Shown: positions 27,633-36,747 of the stretch, piece after piece
Layout of the letters: each line of letters opens with the position of its first letter
Position numbering within the stretch: the stretch's first letter is position 1
Assembly (NCBI GenBank): GCA_016930185.1
Contig: JAFGHK010000013.1
Location: 1-57,778, forward strand
From: Dehalococcoidales bacterium
GTDB lineage: Bacteria; Chloroflexota; Dehalococcoidia; Dehalococcoidales; RBG-16-60-22
Length of the DNA: 57,778 nt
Direction: 5' to 3'
The notes under the pieces: model-generated
What the model saw: only the letters and a program-made list of their open reading frames with translations
Database searches by the model: none
Told to the model about the DNA's origin: nothing
Position numbers and translations under genes: made by a program

Positions 27633-29146
27633 ACCCCTGCCTCCATTATCCTGTATATCTTGGTCATGTCGATATTGTTCCTTACGAGTTCCGCCAGTTT
27701 ATCATACTGCCAGTCTCTATCTATGCTGGCGCCGGCCTTGTTTTCATCAAGTCCCCAGTGCCGCCGCAGGTTGTTCAGGAAAATCTGGCGGAAATTGTCA
27801 TTGTTAAAAAGTCCATGCATATAAGTCCCAAGCACTGTGCCCTTTGTATTCAGCACGCCATCCGCATAGTCGGTCTTTCCCTGCGGCGTTTCGACTACCC
27901 GGAAGGCATGCGCTGGCTCCCCGGTTTGACTCTGCCCCATGTGTATCTCGTAGCCGGAGACCTCCTGCCCCTTTGCCCCCGCCAGTAGCCCGGTATCGGC
28001 CGTGACTATTGCCCTGACCTGGCGGGTCGATTTTTCGTCGGCGAACTCCGTCACGATATCAAGCAGCCCCAGCCCCTCCACCTCTGCTTGGTCCGACTCC
28101 ACCCTTTGTGGGTCGAGGATTTTCCTGCCGAGCATCTGGTAGCCTCCGCAAATGCCTACGACGGGCGTGCCGGCTGCGGCCTTTTCCTTTATAAGGTCGA
28201 CCAGGCCGGACTGCCGCAGGTACTGCAGGTCGTTAATGGTGCTCTTGGTGCCGGGGATGATAATCAGGTGCGGTTCACCCATCTCGGAATGCCGACTGAT
28301 ATAGCTGACCGCGCCGTCTGCCTCCAGCGGGTCGAAGTCGTCGTAATTGGAGATGTGCGGCAGGCGTATCACGGAGATATTAAGTCCGCCACCCCCGCTG
28401 TTTTTCTCCCGCTCGTCCAGATAGACCGAGTCCTCCTGCGCGATGCGGATGTCCTTGAAGTAGGGGACGACCCCCAGCACCGGCCGCCCCGTCCGTTTTT
28501 CCGTGAAGTCGATGGCCGGTTTCAGCAGACTTACGTCGCCGCGGAACTTGTTGATAATCATTCCCTTTACATAATGTTGCTCATCCTTGTCCAGCAGCTC
28601 CAGCGTGCCCACTAGCGACGCAAACACGCCCCCCTTATCGATGTCCCCGACTAAAAGCACCGGACTGCCCGACGCTTTAGCGATACGCATATTGACGATT
28701 TCCCGCTCTTTCAGGTTTATCTCCGCAGTGCTGCCCGCCCCCTCAATAACGACTATTTCGTATTCGGCGCGCAGCTTCTCCAGCGACTCCGTCAACTTTT
28801 TAAGCAGGGAAGGGGCGTAACTGGTGTAGTCATTTGCGGAGATGTTCCTGTCCACCTTGCCCATCAGGACAATCTGGCAGCCGGAGTTGGAGGTAGGCTT
28901 GAGGAGTATCGGGTTCATGTCCACCGTCGCCGTAATGCCCGCCGCTTCCGCCTGGACCGCCTGCGCCCTCCCGATTTCCCCGCCCCCCTCCGTCACGAAG
29001 GAGTTGAGAGCGATGTTCTGGCTCTTGAACGGCGTCACCTTATGACCGTCCTGCCTGAAAATGCGGCACAGCGCCGCCACGAGAATGCTTTTCCCAACCG
29101 CCGACGCCGTCCCCTGTATCATTATGGTTTTTGCTTTTTTCATCAA
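27629..29146 (-). CDS. cobQ: Cobyric acid synthase (CobQ/CbiP)
   Basis: QGTASAVGKS, PFKSQN, EGAGS, NKFRGD, ISNYDDF, GICGGYQMLG, GYEIH, GTYMHG. Confidence 0.96.
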   Translation of the reverse strand: MMKKAKTIMIQGTASAVGKSILVAALCRIFRQDGHKVTPFKSQNIALNSFVTEGGGEIGRAQAVQAEAAGITATVDMNPILLKPTSNSGCQIVLMGKVDRNISANDYTSYAPSLLKKLTESLEKLRAEYEIVVIEGAGSTAEINLKEREIVNMRIAKASGSPVLLVGDIDKGGVFASLVGTLELLDKDEQHYVKGMIINKFRGDVSLLKPAIDFTEKRTGRPVLGVVPYFKDIRIAQEDSVYLDEREKNSGGGGLNISVIRLPHISNYDDFDPLEADGAVSYISRHSEMGEPHLIIIPGTKSTINDLQYLRQSGLVDLIKEKAAAGTPVVGICGGYQMLGRKILDPQRVESDQAEVEGLGLLDIVTEFADEKSTRQVRAIVTADTGLLAGAKGQEVSGYEIHMGQSQTGEPAHAFRVVETPQGKTDYADGVLNTKGTVLGTYMHGLFNNDNFRQIFLNNLRRHWGLDENKAGASIDRDWQYDKLAELVRNNIDMTKIYRIMEAGV

Positions 29147-29907
29147 ATCAGCCCTGGTCCCGTTTTACAGATAATCACCACCACTATCAGCGCTATCGCC
29201 TGGGCAACTTCATTAATCGCGCCATAGGTGTCACCCGTCAGACCCGCGAATTTGTACTTGAAGTAGAATGCTAGTCCTATTGTTATAATCAATACGCCGC
29301 CGAACATTATGAACCCTGTTACATTAAGCAGCGAGTAAAGCGCCCCGGCAATCGTTAACGTAATAATCGCGGCTATGATAAACTGGGGCCAGCGCGTCGC
29401 CGTTTTGTAAGCCGTCCCCAGACCCTCTTTACGAGCGTAAGGGAAAGCGTAAATGGCATAGACCATCGCCCACCGGCTGACCGTCGGCATGAAAAGCAGG
29501 ACGGCCGTCATCTTGTCCGCCGGGACGCCGTTCAGCGCTGCGTACTGTATGAGCAGCACCAGGATAATCCCCACTACCCCGAAAGCCCCGACCCGACTGT
29601 CGTGCATTACCTGCCATCTTTCCTCCACCGTTTTGTGTCCCGCCATGCCGTCGCAGGTATCCGATAGCCCGTCGAGGTGCATCGCCCCGGTAAGAATCAC
29701 TATGGTCGTAATCAGCAGGGCGTTGGTCACCGACGCCGGCAAAGCCAGGTTAAAGACCCAGTTAAGGCCCGCCAGTATTCCCCCTATACCCAGCCCCACC
29801 AGCGGGAAATAAGTGGTTGACCGACCCAGCTGCTCCGGACTCAACTCACCTTTAAGAGGCACCGGTATGCTGGTTAAAAACTGAACTGCGGCTAAAAAGC
29901 TTTTGAT
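29143..29907 (-). CDS. cobS: Adenosylcobinamide-GDP ribazoletransferase (cobalamin synthase)
   Basis: FLTSIP, TGAMHLDGLSDTCDG, DSRVGAFG, GLTGDTYGA. Start uncertain: ATC at 29907 after AAGGAG, or ATG at 29958 inside cobT. Confidence 0.94.
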   Translation of the reverse strand: MKSFLAAVQFLTSIPVPLKGELSPEQLGRSTTYFPLVGLGIGGILAGLNWVFNLALPASVTNALLITTIVILTGAMHLDGLSDTCDGMAGHKTVEERWQVMHDSRVGAFGVVGIILVLLIQYAALNGVPADKMTAVLLFMPTVSRWAMVYAIYAFPYARKEGLGTAYKTATRWPQFIIAAIITLTIAGALYSLLNVTGFIMFGGVLIITIGLAFYFKYKFAGLTGDTYGAINEVAQAIALIVVVIICKTGPGLI

Positions 29908-29911
29908 TGGT

Positions 29912-30967
29912 TTATTCTCCTTCCGAAACCCCGGCTTCGGCGAAGGTCGCCATTTCATTGAGCGTCCTCACGGCGGCCTCGGCAACCATAATTCCCAACG
30001 CCGCCCCCGTCCCCTCGCCGAGTCGCATTTCCAGGTCAAGTAAAGGATTAGGTCCCAGATATTCGAGCATCGCGGCGTGGCCTGCCTCCGCCGAGACATG
30101 CGCGGCGATGATATAGTCTTTGGCCTGCGGCGCCAGCCTCGTGGCGACGATGGCGGCCGCCCCGGATATAAATCCATCGATAATTACCGGTATTTTCCGC
30201 GCCGCAGCGCCCAGTATTACCCCCGCCAGCCCCCCGATTTCGTAGCCGCCAACTTTCGCCAATACTTCTATTGGTTTGGACGGGTCGGGCTTGTTGACCG
30301 CCAGCGCCCGTTTGATGACGTCTATCTTGTGTTTTAGCTGCTCGTCGCTTAGTCCGGTGCCGCGACCCGTTGTTTCCTCGACATTTTTGCCGGAAAAAGC
30401 CGCGAAGATAGCGCTGCTGGCCGTCGTGTTCCCGATGCCCATGTCCCCCGTCCCCACGATGTCCAAGCCCTTTTTAAATTCGGCATCGACGATTTCAATA
30501 CCGGCTTCGATGGCTTTTACCGCCTGTGGCTCTGTCATGGCCGGACCTTTACACATATTTTTCGTTGCGTAGTCGATTTTCCTCACGATAAGCTGCTTAT
30601 CAGGTTTGAGGTCGCTGGCGACACCCGTGTCCACGAACACGATTCTCGCCCCCGCCTGCCTCGCCAGCACGTTAATCCCCGCCCCGCCATTTAAGAAGTT
30701 ATCCACCATCTGCGCCGTGACCTCTCTCGGCCAGTTGCCCACCTTCTCGTCCACCACGCCGTGGTCGCCCGCCATCGTAATCATAGCCTTATTCTTGATT
30801 TCCGGACTTGCTTTCCCCTGGATACCGGCTATTTGTATGGACAGCGCCTCCAGCCTCCCCAGGCTCCCGGCGGGCTTGGTCAGCTGGTCCTGGCGGGCTT
30901 TGGCCTTTTCCATCGCCGCTTTATCCAGCGGCCCGATATTCTTAATGGTTTGTGTAAGTAAGTCCAT
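29912..30967 (-). CDS. cobT: Nicotinate-nucleotide--dimethylbenzimidazole phosphoribosyltransferase
   Basis: LTKPAGSLGRLE, GDHGV, GDMGIGNTT, GRGTG, DGFIS, MRLGEGTGA. Confidence 0.97.
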   Translation of the reverse strand: MDLLTQTIKNIGPLDKAAMEKAKARQDQLTKPAGSLGRLEALSIQIAGIQGKASPEIKNKAMITMAGDHGVVDEKVGNWPREVTAQMVDNFLNGGAGINVLARQAGARIVFVDTGVASDLKPDKQLIVRKIDYATKNMCKGPAMTEPQAVKAIEAGIEIVDAEFKKGLDIVGTGDMGIGNTTASSAIFAAFSGKNVEETTGRGTGLSDEQLKHKIDVIKRALAVNKPDPSKPIEVLAKVGGYEIGGLAGVILGAAARKIPVIIDGFISGAAAIVATRLAPQAKDYIIAAHVSAEAGHAAMLEYLGPNPLLDLEMRLGEGTGAALGIMVAEAAVRTLNEMATFAEAGVSEGE

Positions 30968-31150
30968 AGGCTCTCCTTTTATTCATATCTCGGCGACGCC
31001 TGCTATATCAACATCCAGCTTTGATAATGCTTCCTGCACTTTCAAATCTATTTTTGTCGCTTTGTTTGTGGCCGTCCTCTAAATCCTTGTTATGTATATA
31101 TTTAGCCAACATTATATACGTTTCTCTTCCCGCTATGAAACTATGTTTCC

Positions 31151-31945
31151 TCATGTTGCTTTCTTCTTAAGAGCGCTTAACAGCACGGTCGGCAGGCCGT
31201 TGACGGGGTGGGTGTAAACGCAGTTTTCCGCCCCGTACACCTCCTTGATATTGGCGTTGGTGATAACCTCCGCCGGCGTGCCGTTGGCTTGTATCCGCCC
31301 GTTGTGAATCAGTATCAGCCGGTCGCAGTACTGCGCTGCCAGGTTGAGGTCATGGATAGCGGCCAGTACCGTTAAGTTGTTTTCCCGGCACAATTTCTTA
31401 ATCAGGTTCAGTATGTCCTCCTGCCGTCCGATGTCCAGGTTGGCGGTTGGCTCATCGAGGAGAATCGCCTCCGTTTCCTGCACCAGCACCCGCGCGATAA
31501 GCAGACATTGTATTTCTCCGCCGGACAGCTCGTTGACGTGACGATTCGCCAGCTTCTCAGTGCTGGTCCTGGACATGGCCTGACGGGCTATCTCAAAGTC
31601 GCGCTGACTCTCTGCCTCGAACAGTCCCATATGAGGATTCCTGCCCATCAGCACAATCTCGAAGGCGGTAAAGGTGCTGGGAAGGATCGGCAGCTGCGGG
31701 ACTACGCCCACCAGGCAGGCAAGCTCCTGCCGCTTGATTTTTTCTATGTCCCTTCCCCCCACCGTTATTACCCCCGACTTGCGGCGGATAAGGTGGCTTA
31801 AAGCGCGGATTATGGTGGACTTGCCGGAGCCGTTAGGCCCGATTAGCCCCACCATCTCCCCCGGCGATGCTTTAAACGTAATGTCCTCCATCACCGTATG
31901 GTGGTCGTACCCCAGGGTTACGTTAATCATTTCCAGTTCTATCAT
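31151..31945 (-). CDS. btuD: Corrinoid ABC transporter ATP-binding subunit
   Basis: GPNGSGKST, LSGGE, LLDEPT, HDLNLA. Start placed at MIELEM (31945). Confidence 0.92.
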   Translation of the reverse strand: MIELEMINVTLGYDHHTVMEDITFKASPGEMVGLIGPNGSGKSTIIRALSHLIRRKSGVITVGGRDIEKIKRQELACLVGVVPQLPILPSTFTAFEIVLMGRNPHMGLFEAESQRDFEIARQAMSRTSTEKLANRHVNELSGGEIQCLLIARVLVQETEAILLDEPTANLDIGRQEDILNLIKKLCRENNLTVLAAIHDLNLAAQYCDRLILIHNGRIQANGTPAEVITNANIKEVYGAENCVYTHPVNGLPTVLLSALKKKAT

Positions 31946-31953
31946 GTCTGTCC

Positions 31954-33030
31954 TTAGAAAATAGCCTTCTTCCTGCGGCGTAGCAAGTATAAGAAGAACG
32001 GCGCCCCGCAGATGGCTGTGATTACACCGATGGGTATTTCCGTGGGCGCCAGCACGGTACGGGAGACGAGGTCGGTGAGTATCATGAAAACCGCCCCCAC
32101 CAGGATTGAAAGCGGCAGCAGGAATCGGTGGTCGGCCCCCCATATGAGACGGACGGCGTGGGGAATGATAATGCCCACGAACCCTATCGTCCCCACGAAG
32201 GATACACTGGCGGCGGTAATCAGGGTGGCTGCTGCCAGCAATATTATTTTGAAATTTTCTACGTTTACGCCGAGCTGCTGTGCCTGCTCTTCATCGAGTT
32301 GCATTACGTTGAGTAGTCGGGCAAAAATCACGATTACTGCTATTCCCACCGCTATGTATGGCAGTACCATTAATACCTCCGACCATACACTACCAGAGAA
32401 GCTTCCCATCATCCAGAAAATAATACTATGTAGCTTGTTGCCGCTGGATATGACGAGATAGGAGACAATCGACCCCAGTAGGGCGCTTAATGCCACCCCG
32501 GCTAGTATCAACGTAGTCACCGGCAGTGTTTTTCCTACTCGCGATAGCAGGTAAACGACCACGGTTGCGACTACCGCTCCGATGAAAGCAAACATGGGTA
32601 TTACGCCCATCCCTGTCAGGTTCCACGCGGCGGGCAATAAAAAGCCGATAACTGCTCCCAGTGAAGCCCCCTGCGCCACCCCGATGAGATAGGGGTCGGC
32701 CAGAGGGTTGCGGAATAGTCCCTGGTAGGTGGCCCCGGCTATCGCCAGGGCAGCGCCCACCAGACCCGCCAGTATTACCCGCGGCAGGCGTATATCCAGG
32801 ATTATCGTGGCGATGGCGGCATCCCAGGTCGGCGTCAGGTCCACGAACGGCAGCTTGTCCACCAATATGCTGGCAGTCGTCCCCAGTGGAATGGGCACGC
32901 TGCCGACGCTCGCAGCAATGGCGATGATTATTAACAGCGCGGCACACAGCCCCAGCAGACTTATGATGCGTACACGCCGCCTGGATAAATAACCTGCGGT
33001 CTGCTCTGTAGACTTATTTTTTCTAGGCAT
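31954..33030 (-). CDS. btuC: Corrinoid ABC transporter permease (FecCD family)
   Basis: IRLPR, FRNPLADPY, EEQAQQLG, IGFVG, EIPIG. Confidence 0.93.
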   Translation of the reverse strand: MPRKNKSTEQTAGYLSRRRVRIISLLGLCAALLIIIAIAASVGSVPIPLGTTASILVDKLPFVDLTPTWDAAIATIILDIRLPRVILAGLVGAALAIAGATYQGLFRNPLADPYLIGVAQGASLGAVIGFLLPAAWNLTGMGVIPMFAFIGAVVATVVVYLLSRVGKTLPVTTLILAGVALSALLGSIVSYLVISSGNKLHSIIFWMMGSFSGSVWSEVLMVLPYIAVGIAVIVIFARLLNVMQLDEEQAQQLGVNVENFKIILLAAATLITAASVSFVGTIGFVGIIIPHAVRLIWGADHRFLLPLSILVGAVFMILTDLVSRTVLAPTEIPIGVITAICGAPFFLYLLRRRKKAIF

Positions 33031-33061
33031 ACTATATTATTCTGCTTTTTTATCTAAATTA

Positions 33062-34000
33062 CTAATCGGCGAGTTCCGGGTGAATCAACTTGAAGAACTC
33101 CTCAAGCGCTTCTACAATCCGTGGTCCCGGTCGCCCCACTATATCCATGTTTACGCCGTAAATCCTGCCGGTCTTACGGGCGTCCAATACCTCTAAGCTA
33201 GACTCTGTTTTCATATACTCCAGCGGCAGGTCCTCTCCCGTCCCCATGCCAACCCCGGCGATAATCACCTGCGGATTGCCGACGATTACTGCTTCTATGC
33301 TGATGTCTGCATAGCCGCTCAAGTCGGAGGCGATATTCACACCTCCCGCCAGCTCGATTAACGCATTGGCGAATGAACCTGCCCCTGCTGTCCACATGGG
33401 GTCGTGCCAGATGATGTAAAAAACCCTCGTTTTTTCCGCTTCTGATAGCGTACTTGTCTTATCGGTTATGGTTTTTATCCTTACCTGCATATCGTCGACC
33501 AAAGTGGCGGCTTCGGTTTCCTGCCCTGTAAGTTGCCCGACCAGCGTAATTGAAGCCAATACTTCATCGATGGTCGCGGGGCATAAACCGACCACCGTTA
33601 TTCCATGAGTTTCGAGCTGTGCCATCTCCGTTTCATGCTCCTCCGTTGCCAGCACCAAGTCCGGCTCCATGCTGACAATTACCTCGATATTGGGTTCGGT
33701 GTAATCACCTACGCTGGATTTTGTGGTTGCCTCGGGTGGATAGTTGCAGTAATCCGTAACACCTACAATGCGGTCGCCCAGCCCCAGCGCGAACAGGATT
33801 TCCGTATTGCTCGGTGCCAGCGAAACTATTCTCTGTGGATTGGTATTCTCTATCGTTACTACTCTCCCAAAGTGGTCTGTAATGGTCAAAGATGTCGGCA
33901 CTGCCGCTGTGTCCTCGGAAGTCCCGCAAGACGTCAGTATTCCTGTAAATATCATGATTCCCATCAATACTGCCCCGATTTTTCTTAAAGTGTTTTTCAT
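33062..34000 (-). CDS. btuF: Corrinoid ABC transporter substrate-binding lipoprotein
   Basis: LTSC lipobox, RIVSLAPSNTEILFALG, RPGPR; directly downstream of the Cbl riboswitch. Confidence 0.93.
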   Translation of the reverse strand: MKNTLRKIGAVLMGIMIFTGILTSCGTSEDTAAVPTSLTITDHFGRVVTIENTNPQRIVSLAPSNTEILFALGLGDRIVGVTDYCNYPPEATTKSSVGDYTEPNIEVIVSMEPDLVLATEEHETEMAQLETHGITVVGLCPATIDEVLASITLVGQLTGQETEAATLVDDMQVRIKTITDKTSTLSEAEKTRVFYIIWHDPMWTAGAGSFANALIELAGGVNIASDLSGYADISIEAVIVGNPQVIIAGVGMGTGEDLPLEYMKTESSLEVLDARKTGRIYGVNMDIVGRPGPRIVEALEEFFKLIHPELAD

Positions 34001-34016
34001 TTTACCTCCTTCAAGT

Positions 34017-34052
34017 TAAAAATAAACCCCCCGCCTGCAATAAGACGAGGGG
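34017..34052 (-). terminator. Riboswitch expression-platform terminator
   Basis: Minus strand CCCCTCGTCT-loop-AGGCGGGGGG followed by TTTATTTTT, just before the btuF RBS. Confidence 0.75.
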
Positions 34053-34080
34053 ATTGATGATTACCTAACAAAAATCCCTA

Positions 34081-34235
34081 CCACTTCCCCGCGAAGTACT
34101 GTAGGCTTTTCAGGGGTCGGCGTTCTGACTTATGGTTCCTGTTACGGTTTACCAATCACAGCGGCGCGGCCGCGTCGGCTTTCCACCGACTTGCATTCCG
34201 TTTGGTCCCTCGCTCGCGCTCGGGAGCCCCTGTTT
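34081..34235 (-). ncRNA. Cobalamin riboswitch (short form)
   Basis: Minus strand P1 CAGGGG/CCCCTG; core GTCGGTGGAAAGCCGACGCGGCCGCGCCGCTGTGA; B12-box-like AAGTCAGAACGCC; downstream hairpin ACTTC-GCGGG-GAAGT able to pair with L5 CCGC; precedes btuFCD-cob. Confidence 0.9.
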
Positions 34236-34255
34236 AAATATTCAATTGTGCTATC

Positions 34256-34284
34256 AATATACAATATTTAGAAAAAGAAATCAA
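34256..34284 (-). promoter_or_regulatory. Sigma70-type promoter of the riboswitch/btu-cob operon
   Basis: TTGATT, 17 nt, TATATT on the minus strand, just upstream of the aptamer. Confidence 0.6.
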
Positions 34285-34351
34285 CTTTTATTAGGCAAGC
34301 TTCATGGTATCCGTGGGGTAGGGGTTCGTTAACGTACCGGATACTCAACAC

Positions 34352-34393
34352 AACAAAAAACGACTCGAAGCCGGTTCAATATGAGTCGTTTTC
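34352..34393 (-). terminator. Intrinsic terminator downstream of the receiver gene
   Basis: AAAACGACTC...GAGTCGTTTT inverted repeat with a U-tract on the minus strand. Confidence 0.7.
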
Positions 34394-34427
34394 TGAAAAA
34401 AACAATAATTTTCCGGCGTTTGTCTTA

Positions 34428-34850
34428 TCAGGTCGGGGCGAGGATTTCTCCATTGTAGCGCCTTAGTTTGGCTTTAATCCTGGCGATGAGCGGCTTTATC
34501 CCGAAAGGCTTCCGTATAAAATCATCGGCGCCATGCGCGAATACCGTCCTTAGCGTTTCCAGTTCATTATCCGCGGTAATAACAATAATCGGGATATCGG
34601 AACGCTGCCTGATAATATCGAGGATTTTTAAGCAGTCGATATCCGGCAGGTAGGTGTCCATGATGACCATGTCCGGGTTTATTTTCTCCATCATGTCCAC
34701 CGCTTCATCATAATCGACCACCACGACTGTATCGTACCCCTCCAGTTCCAGCGTTCGGTTCAATAACATCAACATATCCTGGTTGCTATCCATCACCAGG
34801 ATACGCTGGCGTTCCTTAATATTGGATGGGGCTATGTTTTTGATATTCAA
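34428..34850 (-). CDS. Stand-alone OmpR-type receiver domain (no output domain)
   Basis: DMVIMD, PIIVITA, GADDFIRKPF, ARIKAKLRR, then stop. Confidence 0.88.
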   Translation of the reverse strand: MNIKNIAPSNIKERQRILVMDSNQDMLMLLNRTLELEGYDTVVVVDYDEAVDMMEKINPDMVIMDTYLPDIDCLKILDIIRQRSDIPIIVITADNELETLRTVFAHGADDFIRKPFGIKPLIARIKAKLRRYNGEILAPT

Positions 34851-34866
34851 TTATTATGTCCCCGGC

Positions 34867-35118
34867 TTAATTCTGTGAGCCTCTGGAAGGCGTGATTCTC
34901 CATATCGGCACGAGCATAAGTTTACCCCTGGAGTCGTAGATTTTCTTGACCAGACCTGTTTCCTGGGGCAACGTAACATCAAAAGGTATGGGCATGGTCT
35001 TGAGCATACTCAACTCCGCCTTCGGTGCGTTCTGGACATGTGAGCTTCGGAATTGCCTCATGTCTTCAAGGTGCTGCTGAAAGGTTTTTATGTTATTCCA
35101 TACCAATATCATTTTCAT
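34867..35118 (-). CDS. Hypothetical protein (about 83 aa)
   Basis: GGGGAG RBS before ATG 35118; directly downstream of a four-box promoter; probably co-transcribed with the receiver gene. Confidence 0.6.
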   Translation of the reverse strand: MKMILVWNNIKTFQQHLEDMRQFRSSHVQNAPKAELSMLKTMPIPFDVTLPQETGLVKKIYDSRGKLMLVPIWRITPSRGSQN

Positions 35119-35134
35119 ACTCCCCGTCATATTA

Positions 35135-35200
35135 ACGATACTCGAACAGGCTCACAAACGCGTCAAAAAGCACTCTCTAAACCTTACAAAAACATCACAC
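35135..35200 (-). promoter_or_regulatory. Four-box regulated promoter, copy 1
   Basis: Plus-strand boxes TCACAA 35152, TCAAAA 35163, TTACAA 35184, TCACAC 35195; -10 TATCGT (35140-35135). Confidence 0.75.
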
Positions 35201-35209
35201 GGGTATTAA

Positions 35210-35743
35210 TCACAGGGGTTGGACGTTAAGGTAGAATGAAGGCGATATCATACCGCTGTTTGCATGGAAGGGCAGGCTGTGATAACACCCGGACTCGACG
35301 GTGACTTTATAGCGCGCCATGCCGGGCATAACAAAACTTACCGGGCTGTTTTGCAGCGTGATATAAGTATCCGGCATTGCGGTTCCGTTTTGTGATGTGA
35401 CCCTTTGCCATTGCCCTTCGGCGTCTTCAATGTAAACGGTGATTTTTAAAATGAGATACCTGAAGTAGTGTATAAGCTCATCGGGATTTGTGATATACAG
35501 GTCCAGGGACATATCGGCTTGACTATCGACAGCATCGATATAAAAAAGGTCGCCTGCCGTTACCCCGCCTATGGCCCGTCCGTAAAAGGTGGCTGACGGG
35601 GCGGCTTCGGACGGTGCGGCTTCGATGAAGATTCCTGATTGTTCTATCCCGTCGTTAGTTTGTCCGTAGGCGACGGATGACAACCATGAGGCGGCCAGCA
35701 GCAACATTACAAATATTAGGGTAAATCTAACGAATTTTTTCAT
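35210..35743 (-). CDS. Secreted hypothetical protein
   Basis: Sec signal MKKFVRFTLIFVMLLLAASWLSSVAYG; beta-rich mature part; preceded by a four-box promoter. Confidence 0.75.
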   Translation of the reverse strand: MKKFVRFTLIFVMLLLAASWLSSVAYGQTNDGIEQSGIFIEAAPSEAAPSATFYGRAIGGVTAGDLFYIDAVDSQADMSLDLYITNPDELIHYFRYLILKITVYIEDAEGQWQRVTSQNGTAMPDTYITLQNSPVSFVMPGMARYKVTVESGCYHSLPFHANSGMISPSFYLNVQPL

Positions 35744-35772
35744 GTGAGGCGCTCTTTTTTGAGGCTTTTTTA

Positions 35773-35838
35773 AGTGTAAAAGAGGCGGCTCACGACTATA
35801 TCACAGGGAGGATGGATACTGTCACATAAACATCAAAA
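35773..35838 (-). promoter_or_regulatory. Four-box regulated promoter, copy 2
   Basis: Boxes TCACGA 35790, TCACAG 35801, TCACAT 35822, TCAAAA 35833; -10 TACACT (35778-35773); extra inverted pair TTGTGA 35846 / TTGTAA 35857. Confidence 0.78.
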
Positions 35839-35879
35839 AGGCTGTTTGTGACCGTATTGTAACAATTTAATCATCACAA

Positions 35880-35914
35880 AAAATGAAAAAACCCTCCATT
35901 TTTCAGGAAGGTTT
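35880..35914 (-). terminator. Probable intrinsic terminator after the OmpR-family gene
   Basis: Minus strand AAACCTTCC-loop-GGAGGGTTT followed by TTCATTTTTT. Confidence 0.6.
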
Positions 35915-35949
35915 GGTGAATATTATCACTGGTATTTAAAAATGCCTTT

Positions 35950-36648
35950 TTAAGAAGGTTTTGGTATGATATAACCGATGCCCGGGCGCGTCTGGATATA
36001 GGTCGGGTTTTTAGCATCGTCGCCCAGTTTTTTCCTCAACCTGGCGACATTGACCTGGAGCAGATGTGCCGCCCCGACATATTCTTCGCCCCAGACCTTA
36101 TTCAGCAGCTGGTCCGGCGTGACCACGCGGCCGGAGTTGAGCGAGAGGTAGGATAACATTTTATATTCCGTCGAGGTGAGTTTAAGCTCATGGTCATTGA
36201 CTAAGACCCGCCTTGATGTAAAATCTATCGTCATGTCCTTATAATGAAAGACTGCGTCTTGAGCGACTTCCTGGCTGCTGACGCGCCGCAGTACTGCCCG
36301 TACGCGGGCCGCCAGCTCGCTGGCGGAAAAAGGTTTGGTAACATAATCATCGGCGCCTATGTTAAGGCCTTCCACCTTTTCTTTATCATCGCCGCGGGCG
36401 GTGACCATTATAATCGGGACCTGGGAGAACTCCCTGATGCGGCGGCACACCGTGTATCCGTCCATGTCCGGCATCATGATATCAAGAAGCACCAGTGAAG
36501 GGGAATCTTTTTCAAATATTTTTAATGAGGCTTCACCACAGTTGGCAGTTTGAACTTCAAAATCTTCCAGCTCAAGCATGCGCTTCATCATGCGCAGCAT
36601 TCGAATGTCATCATCAACAACGAGTATGAGATTCTTCTTCTTAGGCAT
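35950..36648 (-). CDS. OmpR/PhoB family DNA-binding response regulator
   Basis: LVVDDD, LLDIMMP, GADDYVTKPF, winged helix LTSTEY...VWG...LRKKL...TRPGIGY. Start placed at MPKKKN. Confidence 0.95.
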   Translation of the reverse strand: MPKKKNLILVVDDDIRMLRMMKRMLELEDFEVQTANCGEASLKIFEKDSPSLVLLDIMMPDMDGYTVCRRIREFSQVPIIMVTARGDDKEKVEGLNIGADDYVTKPFSASELAARVRAVLRRVSSQEVAQDAVFHYKDMTIDFTSRRVLVNDHELKLTSTEYKMLSYLSLNSGRVVTPDQLLNKVWGEEYVGAAHLLQVNVARLRKKLGDDAKNPTYIQTRPGIGYIIPKPS

Positions 36649-36747
36649 AGCGCTACCTGATTTCTGCCTTATCACTCCCTTCAATCAATCATTATAAACC
36701 AATTATACATATTTTGAAATAAACAAATAAAACATTTGCTCTCTTTT

